Below, in pieces: positions 17,120 to 25,312 of a stretch of 26,022 bases of DNA. Both the position numbers and the translations under genes were made by a program. The notes beneath the pieces are model-generated. The model ran no database searches and was not told the DNA's origin. It saw only the letters and a list, made by a program, of their open reading frames with translations. The DNA comes from Elainellales cyanobacterium (GTDB lineage: Bacteria; Cyanobacteriota; Cyanobacteriia; Elainellales; Elainellaceae): positions 1 to 26,022 of the forward strand of contig JBBQFG010000042.1 of the NCBI GenBank assembly GCA_038321765.1. The letters are read 5' to 3'. Position 1 is the stretch's first letter. Each line of letters begins with the position of its first letter.

Positions 17120-19297
17120 TCAATTTCCAACAATCACTGATTCAGGCGCATTGGGGATGTTCGCAGATGCCTTAGGCGGTTGATCGGGCGGTTGCTCGGG
17201 CAGTTGCTCGGGCGATAGTCTTGCTCCACCCTGCTTCTCATGGCTCTGGTTCCACAAAATCATCGAAAGCAACCCGTCTACTAGTCCATTGCCTGCACTG
17301 TTGCTGCCGACTAAGATGTCGGGAATCAGTCGAACGTGGCGATCGCCAATAATTTGCATCAACTGCATGGCCGTGTAGCTACTGGCTCCTAATGCTTCTA
17401 CTCCAGCTCCGTAGGTTTCTGCCCGCGCATTGCCCGTGGCGCGGATTGAGTCGGCCTCCGCCACCGCCTTTAACTTGACAGCCTCTGCTTCCCCATTGGC
17501 GCGTTTAATATCGGCCTTGGCTTGCAGGTCAGCAATGCTAACGTTTTGCTCAGATTTCACCATTTGCTGCTGAATATCTGCCATCGCCGTTTCGCGCACC
17601 AACTGCTGACGCTGGGTTTGCGCCATCTGCTGCACTTCGTAGGTCTTGCGCTGCTCTTCGGCAATTTTGCGATCGGTTTGGGTTTGCATCAGCGACTCAG
17701 GTGGCTGGATGTCGCCAATTAGGGTGTCGATCGCCTGCACATCGTAGCTACGCAGCGCCTGCTGAATATATTGTGCGGCCTCCGCCTGTCGCTCACTGCG
17801 GGCGCTGAGAAAATCTAGCACCGTATAGTCTTGCGCCGAGTTGCGGAAATAGTTGCCCACCGTGGGTTCCAGCACATGATCCACCAAGTTTTGCATGGCT
17901 CCCACGCGGGAAATCACCTTCGGCGCATCCAGTGCGCCCACATGGATAATCTGGGCAATTTCTAAATCAAAGGCAAAGCCATCCTTCGAGCGCACCTTGA
18001 GCGAATTCAGCTTCGAGTCATAGTTATGCCGCTCAGTTCGCACCGACCAATTCAGCACAATATTAGTTGTGGGCACCAGTTCTACCTTCATCACATGCGT
18101 GTTCAGCGGATGCTTACCGGGATACAGCGGCTCTGTCCACACGCCCTTATGACCGGGATGCACCAGGTCGCCGTGGGTAAACGAGACGCCGCTCACATCT
18201 TCATGCGCCTTGCCGACATAGGAAATTACCACCCCCACATAGCCAATCGGGATTTCGGTCATTGGCGTCTGGTCTACCTCCACACACCACGGGTTCAGGT
18301 TCCACGACCCTGAGAGCAGCACCTGCTCCTGCAAGCCCCGGCGGCCACCCGCCTGAATAAACAGCTCCCCATTTTGGAAATTATTGTGACCCGGAACCGT
18401 CGGCCCCGCAATTTCTCCTGGCTCAATTGGCAACCCATCCAGCGCCGTCACAATTCCCACCTTATCGGCGGTGACCGTGTAAACCTTCAGCTTCTCAGAA
18501 TCCATCCCGTGCTGATTGGCCGTGGCACTGGTAATTACTTTAAACAGCGCCGTATTAATCCGATAGGTGCCAGCCGTCAGAAAGCCCATCTGCCGACCCT
18601 TTTCGCCATGGTTGAGCAAAAACTTGCGAGCATCTTGAAAATTGTCGCAGAGCACGGTTTTACCCAAGATCCGTTCGGGGGGAATCGCGACTCCATCGTT
18701 GGCCACCAGCAGGGCAATTTCTCCCTGCGGCACCACAATCATTGGCATTTTTTGAATCGAAAACTGCCAGGGGAAATAGCCCCAGTGCCAGCCAGGAGAA
18801 AGGGTGTCGGCCTGATATCCGGCTTCCCCATTTAGCGCCACTAGCCCTCCAGGGGGCAAGCGACCGCCAAACTTTTTGACCACTACCCCCACTTCTTTTT
18901 CACTAATAATCATCAACCCCGTCACCGACGAGAAAAAGAACAGCCCTCCAATCAGCAGTACGCCCCCCACCAAGAACGGGTTAAAGGAATTGATCAAGCC
19001 CATTTGCTGAATAGTTGAGCCGGATGCCGGAAATTGGAGGGATGCAAGCTGAGTCGAAGTTGTTACAGGGTGATTGGCTAGCTGGCTAGTTCGGGGCAGC
19101 GTAGTTGTAGAAGCAGTCGGGTGAGTGGCCAAAGGGCGAGTGGCCAAATTGGCTTGGGCAGAAGGAGCGGCTATGAGCGCTGTGACTGTTAGTGCAAAGA
19201 CCGCAACAGCAGAGGCAGCAGCAGAGGTCATCAGTTGAGCGGCTTTACGAGACTGTTGAAGCGAAGTCAGCCTAGAAAACACGGGTTGAATTTTCAT
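17120..19297 (-). CDS. flotillin-like SPFH/band-7 protein with N-terminal signal/TM region
   Basis: SPFH core, followed by E/A/Q-rich coiled-coil flotillin repeats ('AEEQRKTYEVQQMAQTQRQQL...KADIKRANGEAEAVKLKAVAEADSIRATGNARAETYGAGVEALG'). N-terminal hydrophobic segment. Confidence 0.7.
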   Translation of the reverse strand: MKIQPVFSRLTSLQQSRKAAQLMTSAAASAVAVFALTVTALIAAPSAQANLATRPLATHPTASTTTLPRTSQLANHPVTTSTQLASLQFPASGSTIQQMGLINSFNPFLVGGVLLIGGLFFFSSVTGLMIISEKEVGVVVKKFGGRLPPGGLVALNGEAGYQADTLSPGWHWGYFPWQFSIQKMPMIVVPQGEIALLVANDGVAIPPERILGKTVLCDNFQDARKFLLNHGEKGRQMGFLTAGTYRINTALFKVITSATANQHGMDSEKLKVYTVTADKVGIVTALDGLPIEPGEIAGPTVPGHNNFQNGELFIQAGGRRGLQEQVLLSGSWNLNPWCVEVDQTPMTEIPIGYVGVVISYVGKAHEDVSGVSFTHGDLVHPGHKGVWTEPLYPGKHPLNTHVMKVELVPTTNIVLNWSVRTERHNYDSKLNSLKVRSKDGFAFDLEIAQIIHVGALDAPKVISRVGAMQNLVDHVLEPTVGNYFRNSAQDYTVLDFLSARSERQAEAAQYIQQALRSYDVQAIDTLIGDIQPPESLMQTQTDRKIAEEQRKTYEVQQMAQTQRQQLVRETAMADIQQQMVKSEQNVSIADLQAKADIKRANGEAEAVKLKAVAEADSIRATGNARAETYGAGVEALGASSYTAMQLMQIIGDRHVRLIPDILVGSNSAGNGLVDGLLSMILWNQSHEKQGGARLSPEQLPEQPPDQPPKASANIPNAPESVIVGN

Positions 19298-19301
19298 AGA
19301 G

Positions 19302-19320
19302 ATACGGTACTCTACCGTAT
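19302..19320. promoter_or_regulatory. 19-bp palindrome 'atacggtactctaccgtat' immediately upstream of the flotillin gene start, with a third 'atacggta' half-site at 19462-19469; candidate operator in the divergent flotillin/DUF1565 promoter region
   Basis: Perfect 8-3-8 inverted repeat found by eye. The half-site recurs 150 bp away in the same intergenic region. Confidence 0.35.
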
Positions 19321-19524
19321 TACAGAGTTGTATCTCTCACCCTGACACAGATTTCTCGATACCCGTCAAAAATTCAGAATTGGGTTTACAGTTCTGCTCA
19401 GATGCCTGAGATATAAATTTAGTGATCAAATTCCAGCCAATTCGTTACTATTAACGTCCGAATACGGTAAAACCACGATTAAATTCATCTATCCATTGAA
19501 GACCGGGGCACGGGGAGAACGGGT

Positions 19525-21006
19525 ATGCACTTATCAACGTTTTTGGCAGTGCAGCGCTGCCTTTTTAAGAACAGATCGGCTCAGCCAACCTCAACAAGCT
19601 GGATTGGCCGAAAGGAAGCGGTTTTGGGGATGGCGATCGCCATTCTTGTCACGGGTTTGGGCACACCTGCTGGGGCAAATCAGCCTACTAGAGCCAATGA
19701 CGTTTCATCTCCTTCCCCCACCCACGCTGCCGTATTCCAGCTCATCTTTGTTGACCCCATTTCGGGAAACGATCGCAGCGGCGATGGCACTCAGCGATCG
19801 CCCCTCCGTAGTATTACTCGCGCGGTGCAGTTAGCTCAACCCAACACAGCTATATTCCTGGCAGCAGGCACCTACAGCTCCCAAACTGGCGAGCAATTTC
19901 CGATTATGCTACCGCCAAATGTTAGCCTTCAAGAAAATTTTTCCGGCGACGAACGCGGGATTACCATTCAAGGCGACGTAGTAGGTGGCCAATTATTGGG
20001 TGCTATTACCACGGGCAATTTGGCTGAAGCTCGTCCGGCAGCCAGCAATAGAGCGATCGCCCCAGCATCCAGTCCCGCTACCTCTAGAGCGGCAGCACCC
20101 TCAACCCAATCTGCATCCAGCTTTTCAGCATTAACGGGCGACTATCCGCCGGGAACCCTTCCACCCAATTCCCAATTCCGTTCTCGTAACTGGACAAGTA
20201 CCACCCGTCCTAATACCGTAGCGGTGCCCGCAAATCCTCTTAGGCCCGGTGGCTCAAGCACTTCAGCGGCGACCAATCCTGCTGTAGAATCGCCCAGATA
20301 CACGGCATTCCGGCGGGGTGCTCCTACGCCATCCGCCACCGCAGCACCAGCTTCAACCTTGAGCCAAACGCGATCGCCAGATGGGTTTTCAGCTCCGTTA
20401 CCTCAATCGAGTGCTGCTATTTCTATCCCCGTGCCGCCGCCCTTAGAGTCTGGTCGCTATCGGTCTCCCGGTGGATTCAACACCTCGCAGGGCGGTATGG
20501 GAACGGCCTCGCCTATCCCGACGCAACCCATTTTGAACTTCCAGGAAAGCGTTGAGATCCCAGTTCTGGCTCCTGCACAGCAGGTAGCTATCGTTAATCG
20601 CTCAGACTCGTCTATTAACCGTCGCCCCACAGCCGCACGCCCCAGCCGCAGACCTCGCTACGATTTACTCCCTGTCCCTAACCCCAACGTTCCTCTGGGT
20701 AATATTGGCAATCTGCCCACAATTACCGTGTCAGGCGCGGCTAGCCCACGGCGATCGCCTTCCAGTGTTCCCGTTATCAGCCGTGCCGCCGAATTGGGGC
20801 TGCGCTACCGGGTAGTGGTTAACACAGGCGATCGCAGCACTCAGGAACGAGTGCTTCAGCTTTTTCCAGAAGCGTTTTTGACCTATGACGACGATCGGGA
20901 CGTTGTAATCCAAGTAGGAGCATTCAACGAACGAGATAATGCTGAAGACGTTGAAACTGTGCTTGAGCAAAACGGCATTCGAGCCAGAGTAGAGCGCGTT
21001 GATTGA
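19525..21006 (+). CDS. DUF1565 (right-handed beta-helix) protein with a Pro/Ser/Ala-rich linker and a C-terminal SPOR peptidoglycan-binding domain
   Basis: 'IFVDPISGNDRSGDGTQRSPLRSITRAVQLAQPNTAIFLAAGTYSSQTGEQFPI' matches the DUF1565 N-terminal signature. The C-terminus 'RYRVVVNTGDRSTQERV...VVIQVGAFNERDNAEDVETVLEQNGIRARVE' matches the SPOR pattern. The true start is probably the signal-peptide Met at 19630. Confidence 0.7.
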   Translation: MHLSTFLAVQRCLFKNRSAQPTSTSWIGRKEAVLGMAIAILVTGLGTPAGANQPTRANDVSSPSPTHAAVFQLIFVDPISGNDRSGDGTQRSPLRSITRAVQLAQPNTAIFLAAGTYSSQTGEQFPIMLPPNVSLQENFSGDERGITIQGDVVGGQLLGAITTGNLAEARPAASNRAIAPASSPATSRAAAPSTQSASSFSALTGDYPPGTLPPNSQFRSRNWTSTTRPNTVAVPANPLRPGGSSTSAATNPAVESPRYTAFRRGAPTPSATAAPASTLSQTRSPDGFSAPLPQSSAAISIPVPPPLESGRYRSPGGFNTSQGGMGTASPIPTQPILNFQESVEIPVLAPAQQVAIVNRSDSSINRRPTAARPSRRPRYDLLPVPNPNVPLGNIGNLPTITVSGAASPRRSPSSVPVISRAAELGLRYRVVVNTGDRSTQERVLQLFPEAFLTYDDDRDVVIQVGAFNERDNAEDVETVLEQNGIRARVERVD

Positions 21007-21024
21007 AAAGTCGATTAGTTGACG

Positions 21025-21222
21025 CTATTTCCCCTTTTTACGTCCAGCAGTTGCATCAACCAAATCCAATTCCGTTAAGCGAAAAGTAACGAGCTTATCC
21101 CAATTGCCACCTTCAAACAAAACAGCCGCCTTGCCATTGCTAATGCGTTGAACCAATCCCTGAAACCCATAATAGGTATCGTTAGTGTTAATAACCCGAA
21201 CGGCTGATCCTGGAAAAATCAT
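21025..21222 (-). CDS. ndhS: NdhS-like small protein (NDH-1 ferredoxin-docking subunit, SH3-like)
   Basis: The 65 aa '[53 protein letters not shown]' matches the cyanobacterial NdhS pattern as I remember it. Not verified. Confidence 0.5.
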   Translation of the reverse strand: MIFPGSAVRVINTNDTYYGFQGLVQRISNGKAAVLFEGGNWDKLVTFRLTELDLVDATAGRKKGK

Positions 21223-21233
21223 AAGTCTTATGT

Positions 21234-21263
21234 AGATCTGGGTAAATTAGATCTGGGTAAATC
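21234..21263. repeat. tandem direct repeat 2 x 15 bp ('agatctgggtaaatt' / 'agatctgggtaaatc') 12 bp upstream of the ndhS-like start codon
   Basis: Exact 14/15 tandem duplication in the 5' region of the minus-strand gene. Confidence 0.7.
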
Positions 21264-21345
21264 TGTTCGTTTCAAGCTTAAGGCATTCAGTTCTGCAAAA
21301 TCACAGTTAGCTATCTAAATATTTTTGTGGGGGATGGCTCCGGCT

Positions 21346-21396
21346 ATGAATTTTGTTTTGGAGGCGCGCAGTGCGCGCCTCCAAAACAAAATTCAT
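21346..21396. repeat. 51-bp perfect palindrome (25-bp arms around a single G)
   Basis: 'atgaattttgttttggaggcgcgca-g-tgcgcgcctccaaaacaaaattcat'. Confidence 0.8.
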
Positions 21397-21426
21397 GGCT
21401 GCAATCAGCAGCACCCTGATGAGTCA

Positions 21427-21509
21427 GTAGACCTCCTGCATGAATGCTTTTTTGAGGGCGTGAATCCTTTCCCGGTGAAACCGGGAAAGGATTCACGCAG
21501 GAGGTCTAG
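21427..21509. repeat. nested hairpin structure (outer 12-bp stem, inner 18-bp stem with GAAA-type loop)
   Basis: Outer stem 'tagacctcctgc'...'gcaggaggtcta'. Inner stem 'gcgtgaatcctttcccgg-tgaaa-ccgggaaaggattcacgc'. An 18-nt asymmetric bulge on the left only. Confidence 0.7.
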
Positions 21510-21567
21510 TGCAGGAAATTGGTAGACGTTCTATGATTTAGAACATAACTTAACGTTTTGTAAAATC

Positions 21568-22179
21568 TTGATTCCAGCTATTCGTCCAACCCAACCCTCG
21601 GCGCTATCGGTGCCCTGGTATGTGCTCGAACCCCTCTGGCAAGGTGGAGAAGCGATCGTGCAACAAGGACTTCCCCACCACCAGTTGGCACCCGCTTGGC
21701 AGATGCTCCTCCTAGGAGATGGTTCTCCCACTCGCCATCTTCAGTTGCTGACCGGAGAGCCAACGGAGGTGGACGTGCTCGATATGTCTTTGATTGGGAT
21801 GGCAGGTGATAATGCACCCGAACAGATTGAGGTCGTGCCGGGTCCCCGACTGCGACGACAGGTATGGTTGCGGACTGCTTCTGGTCAGCGTCTTGCTTAC
21901 GCTACGTCGTGGTGGGAAGCAAGTCACGTTGACGACTATTTGCAGAACCGATCGCTTCCCATTTGGGCGAGCTTGAGTCGTCTCAGAACCGAACTTTACC
22001 GAGATATTCAAGGAATCCACTATGGGCACTGTCTGGCTCTGGAAGTAGCCTTCGAACAGGTTGGCCCATTTTGGGGTCGTCATTACTTGTTCTGGCACCA
22101 CGGACGGCCATTGACTCTCATCTACGAGGTATTTTCGCCTTACCTAGTGAAATATTTAGGACCTGTACAGATAAACTAG
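21568..22179 (+). CDS. chorismate lyase-like (UbiC/DUF98 family) protein
   Basis: 'WQMLLLGDGSPTRHLQLLTGE' resembles the UbiC-family 'LL.DGS.T..L..L' segment. 203 aa. The start could be later. Confidence 0.45.
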   Translation: MIPAIRPTQPSALSVPWYVLEPLWQGGEAIVQQGLPHHQLAPAWQMLLLGDGSPTRHLQLLTGEPTEVDVLDMSLIGMAGDNAPEQIEVVPGPRLRRQVWLRTASGQRLAYATSWWEASHVDDYLQNRSLPIWASLSRLRTELYRDIQGIHYGHCLALEVAFEQVGPFWGRHYLFWHHGRPLTLIYEVFSPYLVKYLGPVQIN

Positions 22180-22306
22180 CAAGAATTTGTACTCTTAAGT
22201 TTTGAGGATAACACCTGTCGAAAGCAGGGAGAGAATTTTGTATAGCAGTCCCAAATAATTTGTGAGAGGTGGAATTGACCCCCGGATTCCCGATTGAGCT
22301 ATTAAA

Positions 22307-22404
22307 GTTAGGTCTTCCGCAGTTGAGTGATGTTGCAGGTGTGAAGCACCTGCAACATCACTCAAATTTCTTGGTTTTTGTGTGAGACGCATAGGTCTTA
22401 AAAG
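22307..22404 (+). repeat. family C copy C2
   Basis: 'ccgcagttgagtgatgttgcaggtg-tgaagc-cacctgcaacatcactcaaatttcttggtttttgtgtgagacgcataggtcttaaaag'. Same architecture as C1 with a different but still perfectly paired inner stem. The outer pairing is degraded. Confidence 0.7.
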
Positions 22405-22453
22405 TAAAGAGGTAATGGTTTCGGCCATGACTTCTTTTACTGACGAAACCAGC

Positions 22454-22706
22454 GATAAGTAGTTCAACCTAAATAGTTCAACCTAAATATAGCGGTAGCC
22501 ATGATCAATAGGACGACTCCCTGTCATTCCCGCGCAGGCGGGAATCCATCTGCTCGATAGGTGCCAGCGTCATTCCCGCCTGCGCGGGAATGACGCTGGC
22601 ATGTCCTAAGCTTTATGACTATGGCTATAAATATAAAATCCTAAAACCCTGCGCCGCCCGCTGTGCGGGCGGCGCAGGGTTTTAGGATTTGGTTTTTACT
22701 TAAGCC
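22454..22706 (-). mobile_element. composite: MITE family A copy A7 (inverted) carrying a nested family D insertion (D2) and a 14-bp end duplication
   Basis: Reads 'taagtagttcaacctaaa|tagttcaacctaaa|TA[D2 22488-22629]TAaatataaaatcctaaaaccctgcgccgcccgctgtgcgggcggcgcagggttttaggatttggtttttacttaagcccacctactta'. Confidence 0.8.
22488..22629 (-). mobile_element. family D copy D2 (reverse complement of D1, nested in A7)
   Basis: About 90% identical to the reverse complement of 2376-2516, including an extended 17-bp stem 'gccagcgtcattcccgc-ctgc-gcgggaatgacgctggc'. TA flanks. Confidence 0.75.
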
Positions 22707-22750
22707 CACCTACTTACTCTGAAAGGATAGGATAGATAGCTAAAAGGGTA

Positions 22751-24205
22751 CTAACGAATGGTCAAGATATAACGCCCACGTCCGTTACGGTCGTAAGCGT
22801 TTGCAATCACTCGATACGTTCCAGATTGAGGCAGGGTGACTGTGATCACAGAATTGGTGCTATTGGGAGTCGCATCGTCATTCTGTTCAATCACTTGGCC
22901 ATCTGAATCCATCAAAATCAGATATGTATCGAAGTCATTGCTTTCCATGGTAATCATCACAGTCTGCCCGCCCGTTCCTTGAAACGAGTAGTCTTGGTAA
23001 AGACTGTTGTCTTCTTGCAATACTGGAGAGTTAACATCCAGTCGTCCTTGCTCTCTAAGTAAAACTCCGGCAGCCGGCGAGGGCGAAGATGGAGCCGCGT
23101 TACCCGTTGCAACACGCACGCTGTAACTGCCAGATTCTCCCGATTCAAACGTATTAGCCAAGATGGTGTAGATACCGTTGCTAGGCAATGTTGCAGTTAG
23201 GCGAGAATTGCGATCGCCCCCACTGTCATTGTCTTGCCCTACTTCATCGCCGTCAGGAGAAAGCAAAATCAGGTAAGCATTTAGCTCACGGCTAGTCATC
23301 TCTACTACTACCTGTTGTCCGGCTCGGCCTTCAAACGTGTAAGTGTTGTAGTAACTATTATCAGATTGAAGCACACTGCTGTTGCTGTCGAGTCTGCCTT
23401 GGAGCGGTGCCCCATTGAGCGAAATTCGCTGGGCGACTTGCCCTCCACCCAGCATGGGCGACTGTTGAGCAGTACGGGGTGCCCGACCCTCTCGCACCGC
23501 CACTAAGAAGGGCTGCACTCGCTCAATCGAGATCGCAAATCCGATACCTGTATTCCCGCCTGAACCTCTGGGCGAAAAGATAGCGGAATTAACGCCAATC
23601 ATAGCGCCTTGACTATTGAGCAACGGGCCACCTGAATTACCAGGATTAATTGCAGCATCGGTTTGAATTAAGCCGCGACTAGCATCAAGTCGGCTGATAA
23701 TACCTGTTGTAAACGTCCCTTGGAATTGTCCAAAAGGGTTGCCAATGGCGAAGGCACGCTGCCCCACTTCGACAGAACCGGGGCGAGCAATTGATACGGT
23801 AGGAAGATTTGCCTGACCTCGAATTCTAACAGCGGCCAGATCTAATCCTCCTTCGCCAAATGCAATTACGTCAGCTTGCAACCGCCGACCGTCGGACAGC
23901 GTAACAGTAACGGTTTGGGAACCGCTGACAACATGGGCATTGGTCAACACCAACCCATCTGAACTAATGATGCTACCGCTGCCTGTACCAGATTCAGCTT
24001 CGATTGATACGACAGCCGGACTTGCCGCTTGATAAACACGGACATTAACACCTTCCTCGGCATCTTGAGCCAGAGCAGTGCTGGATAAACCAGAACGAGT
24101 CAGACTCAAGAATGATTGAGGCAAGAAGGCATCTAGAACCAGAAGACTGGTTGCAGCAGCGACGATAGTGGTGGAAAGTGCTAAACGGGGAAAGGTTGTA
24201 CTCAT
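22751..24205 (-). CDS. secreted S1C (HtrA/DegP-like) trypsin-family serine protease with two C-terminal PPC-like beta-sandwich repeats
   Basis: Signal peptide. Catalytic segments 'LVLTNAHVV', 'DLAAVRI' and 'GNSGGPLL'. The C-terminus has two ~100 aa repeats ('LQGRLDSNSSVLQSDNSYYNTYTFEGRAGQQVVVEMTS...AYLILL' and 'LREQGRLDVNSPVLQEDNSLYQDYSFQGTGGQTVMITMES...TYLILM'). Confidence 0.85.
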   Translation of the reverse strand: MSTTFPRLALSTTIVAAATSLLVLDAFLPQSFLSLTRSGLSSTALAQDAEEGVNVRVYQAASPAVVSIEAESGTGSGSIISSDGLVLTNAHVVSGSQTVTVTLSDGRRLQADVIAFGEGGLDLAAVRIRGQANLPTVSIARPGSVEVGQRAFAIGNPFGQFQGTFTTGIISRLDASRGLIQTDAAINPGNSGGPLLNSQGAMIGVNSAIFSPRGSGGNTGIGFAISIERVQPFLVAVREGRAPRTAQQSPMLGGGQVAQRISLNGAPLQGRLDSNSSVLQSDNSYYNTYTFEGRAGQQVVVEMTSRELNAYLILLSPDGDEVGQDNDSGGDRNSRLTATLPSNGIYTILANTFESGESGSYSVRVATGNAAPSSPSPAAGVLLREQGRLDVNSPVLQEDNSLYQDYSFQGTGGQTVMITMESNDFDTYLILMDSDGQVIEQNDDATPNSTNSVITVTLPQSGTYRVIANAYDRNGRGRYILTIR

Positions 24206-24507
24206 GCTGTGAGGGTGGTGTGTCTACGGTCTGTTTAATGGTCTAGTCTGGTCGTTGAAGGTTGTTTTCTGTCTAAAGCCGAGGCTTAACGTGCGAACAA
24301 AGCACCGTAAAGCGACATTCAAGCAGCGATCGCCCCACTACCGTTTGCTGCCCTTTCTATTTTCTACAACGCTTTAGAACTCGTCCAGGAAAACTTGAAA
24401 GGTCAAGTGTTAGCGGCAACGAACTCTCTACAGTTCTTTTCTATTCTGCCAACAACTCTAGCCAAGCGTCATCTGGCAATATTTTAATCTGTGTAATGAA
24501 TTAGGGT

Positions 24508-24577
24508 AGTCCTAAATTGGTCATGATTTTTTGAAGCGCGGGCTTGGCCCGCGCTTCAAAAAATCATGACATCAATA
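24508..24577 (+). repeat. hairpin repeat family B copy B3 (tail interrupted by A8)
   Basis: 'agtcctaaattggtcatgattttttgaagcgcgggc-ttgg-cccgcgcttcaaaaaatcatgacatcaata'. Perfect 20-bp stem with compensatory differences relative to B2. Confidence 0.75.
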
Positions 24578-24682
24578 AGTAGGTGGGCTTAATTAAATAT
24601 TAAGATTCTAAAACCCTGCGCCGTCCGTACAGCGGGCGGCACAGGGTTTTAGAATTTGGTTTTATTTAGGTTGAACTACTTA
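24576..24682 (+). mobile_element. MITE family A copy A8, inserted into the tail of family B copy B3
   Basis: 'catcaaTA|agtaggtgggc...gaactact|TAccactatcc'. Removing the element and one TA restores 'catcaataccactatcc', which is the intact tail seen in B1 and B2 ('catcaataccactacc'). Confidence 0.85.
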
Positions 24683-24742
24683 CCACTATCCAAATTAGTG
24701 ATTCAGCCTCAATGAAAACCAAGCTCTACGATCCTACATAGC

Positions 24743-24775
24743 CTGCCAGGGTGAATAAGTCTGCCAGGGTGAATA
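24743..24775. repeat. direct repeat 2 x 15 bp 'ctgccagggtgaata' with period 18, downstream of the TolB-like gene
   Basis: Seen directly: 'ctgccagggtgaataagtctgccagggtgaata'. Confidence 0.6.
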
Positions 24776-24814
24776 CCGCAGGATTCCAGCGCTAATTACA
24801 CTTAATGAATAAAT

Positions 24815-25312
24815 TTAAAGCCCGGAACGGTCAAACACTACAATGTCCCACTGGCCATTGGCATTAGACTCAAATGCGATCGTGTTACCGTCTCCGCTAA
24901 TGGTAGGATTTCGCACCTCTGCGGCTAAGTTGGCCGTTAGATTTTGCAATCGGCGCACTTGGCGATCGTATCGATAAATATCTACATCACCGCCGTGGCT
25001 AGCAGCAAACACAATGTAACGACCGTTAGTAGACACGCCGGGATGAGAGGCCACACTATCAACCGAGTTCAAGCCTGGTAGATCAACCAAATTGCGACTC
25101 ACCAAGTCATAGAGATAAACATCCTGACTGCCATTACGGTCAGAGATAAAGACCATGTAGTCTCCGACAATCTGCGGTTCGTGCTCAGTGTAGGGACTGT
25201 TGAGACTACGCCCAGCCGAATCATAGGGCAATGTCATCAAGCGTGGGTAACTGAAGTTACTCAGAAAAAGTACAACGAGGGCGATCGCCACAATGACTGG
25301 AGCAAGTTTCAC
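24815..25312 (-). CDS. TolB-like / PD40 beta-propeller repeat protein with N-terminal TM anchor
   Basis: Repeated 'ISDRNGSQDVYLYD', 'STNGRYIVFAASHGGDVDIYRYD' and 'SGDGNTIAFESNANGQWDIVVFD' WD40-like PD40 blades. Confidence 0.65.
   Translation of the reverse strand: MKLAPVIVAIALVVLFLSNFSYPRLMTLPYDSAGRSLNSPYTEHEPQIVGDYMVFISDRNGSQDVYLYDLVSRNLVDLPGLNSVDSVASHPGVSTNGRYIVFAASHGGDVDIYRYDRQVRRLQNLTANLAAEVRNPTISGDGNTIAFESNANGQWDIVVFDRSGL

Noticed and set aside
21325-21525. 66-aa plus-strand ORF
   Set aside because: It spans the 51-bp perfect palindrome and the nested hairpins. Coding through a perfect palindrome is implausible.
22195-22467. 90-aa ORF on the minus strand
   Set aside because: It overlaps the family C copy C2 and the start of A7. 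It has no domain signal and its composition is repeat-derived.
2376-22706. Composite transposon or genomic island delimited by the 20-kb-apart inverted repeats
   Set aside because: The intervening genes are core housekeeping (metG, ybaK, cobK, ureEG), and there is no transposase, integrase or tRNA anchor. I kept only the weaker inversion-substrate interpretation.
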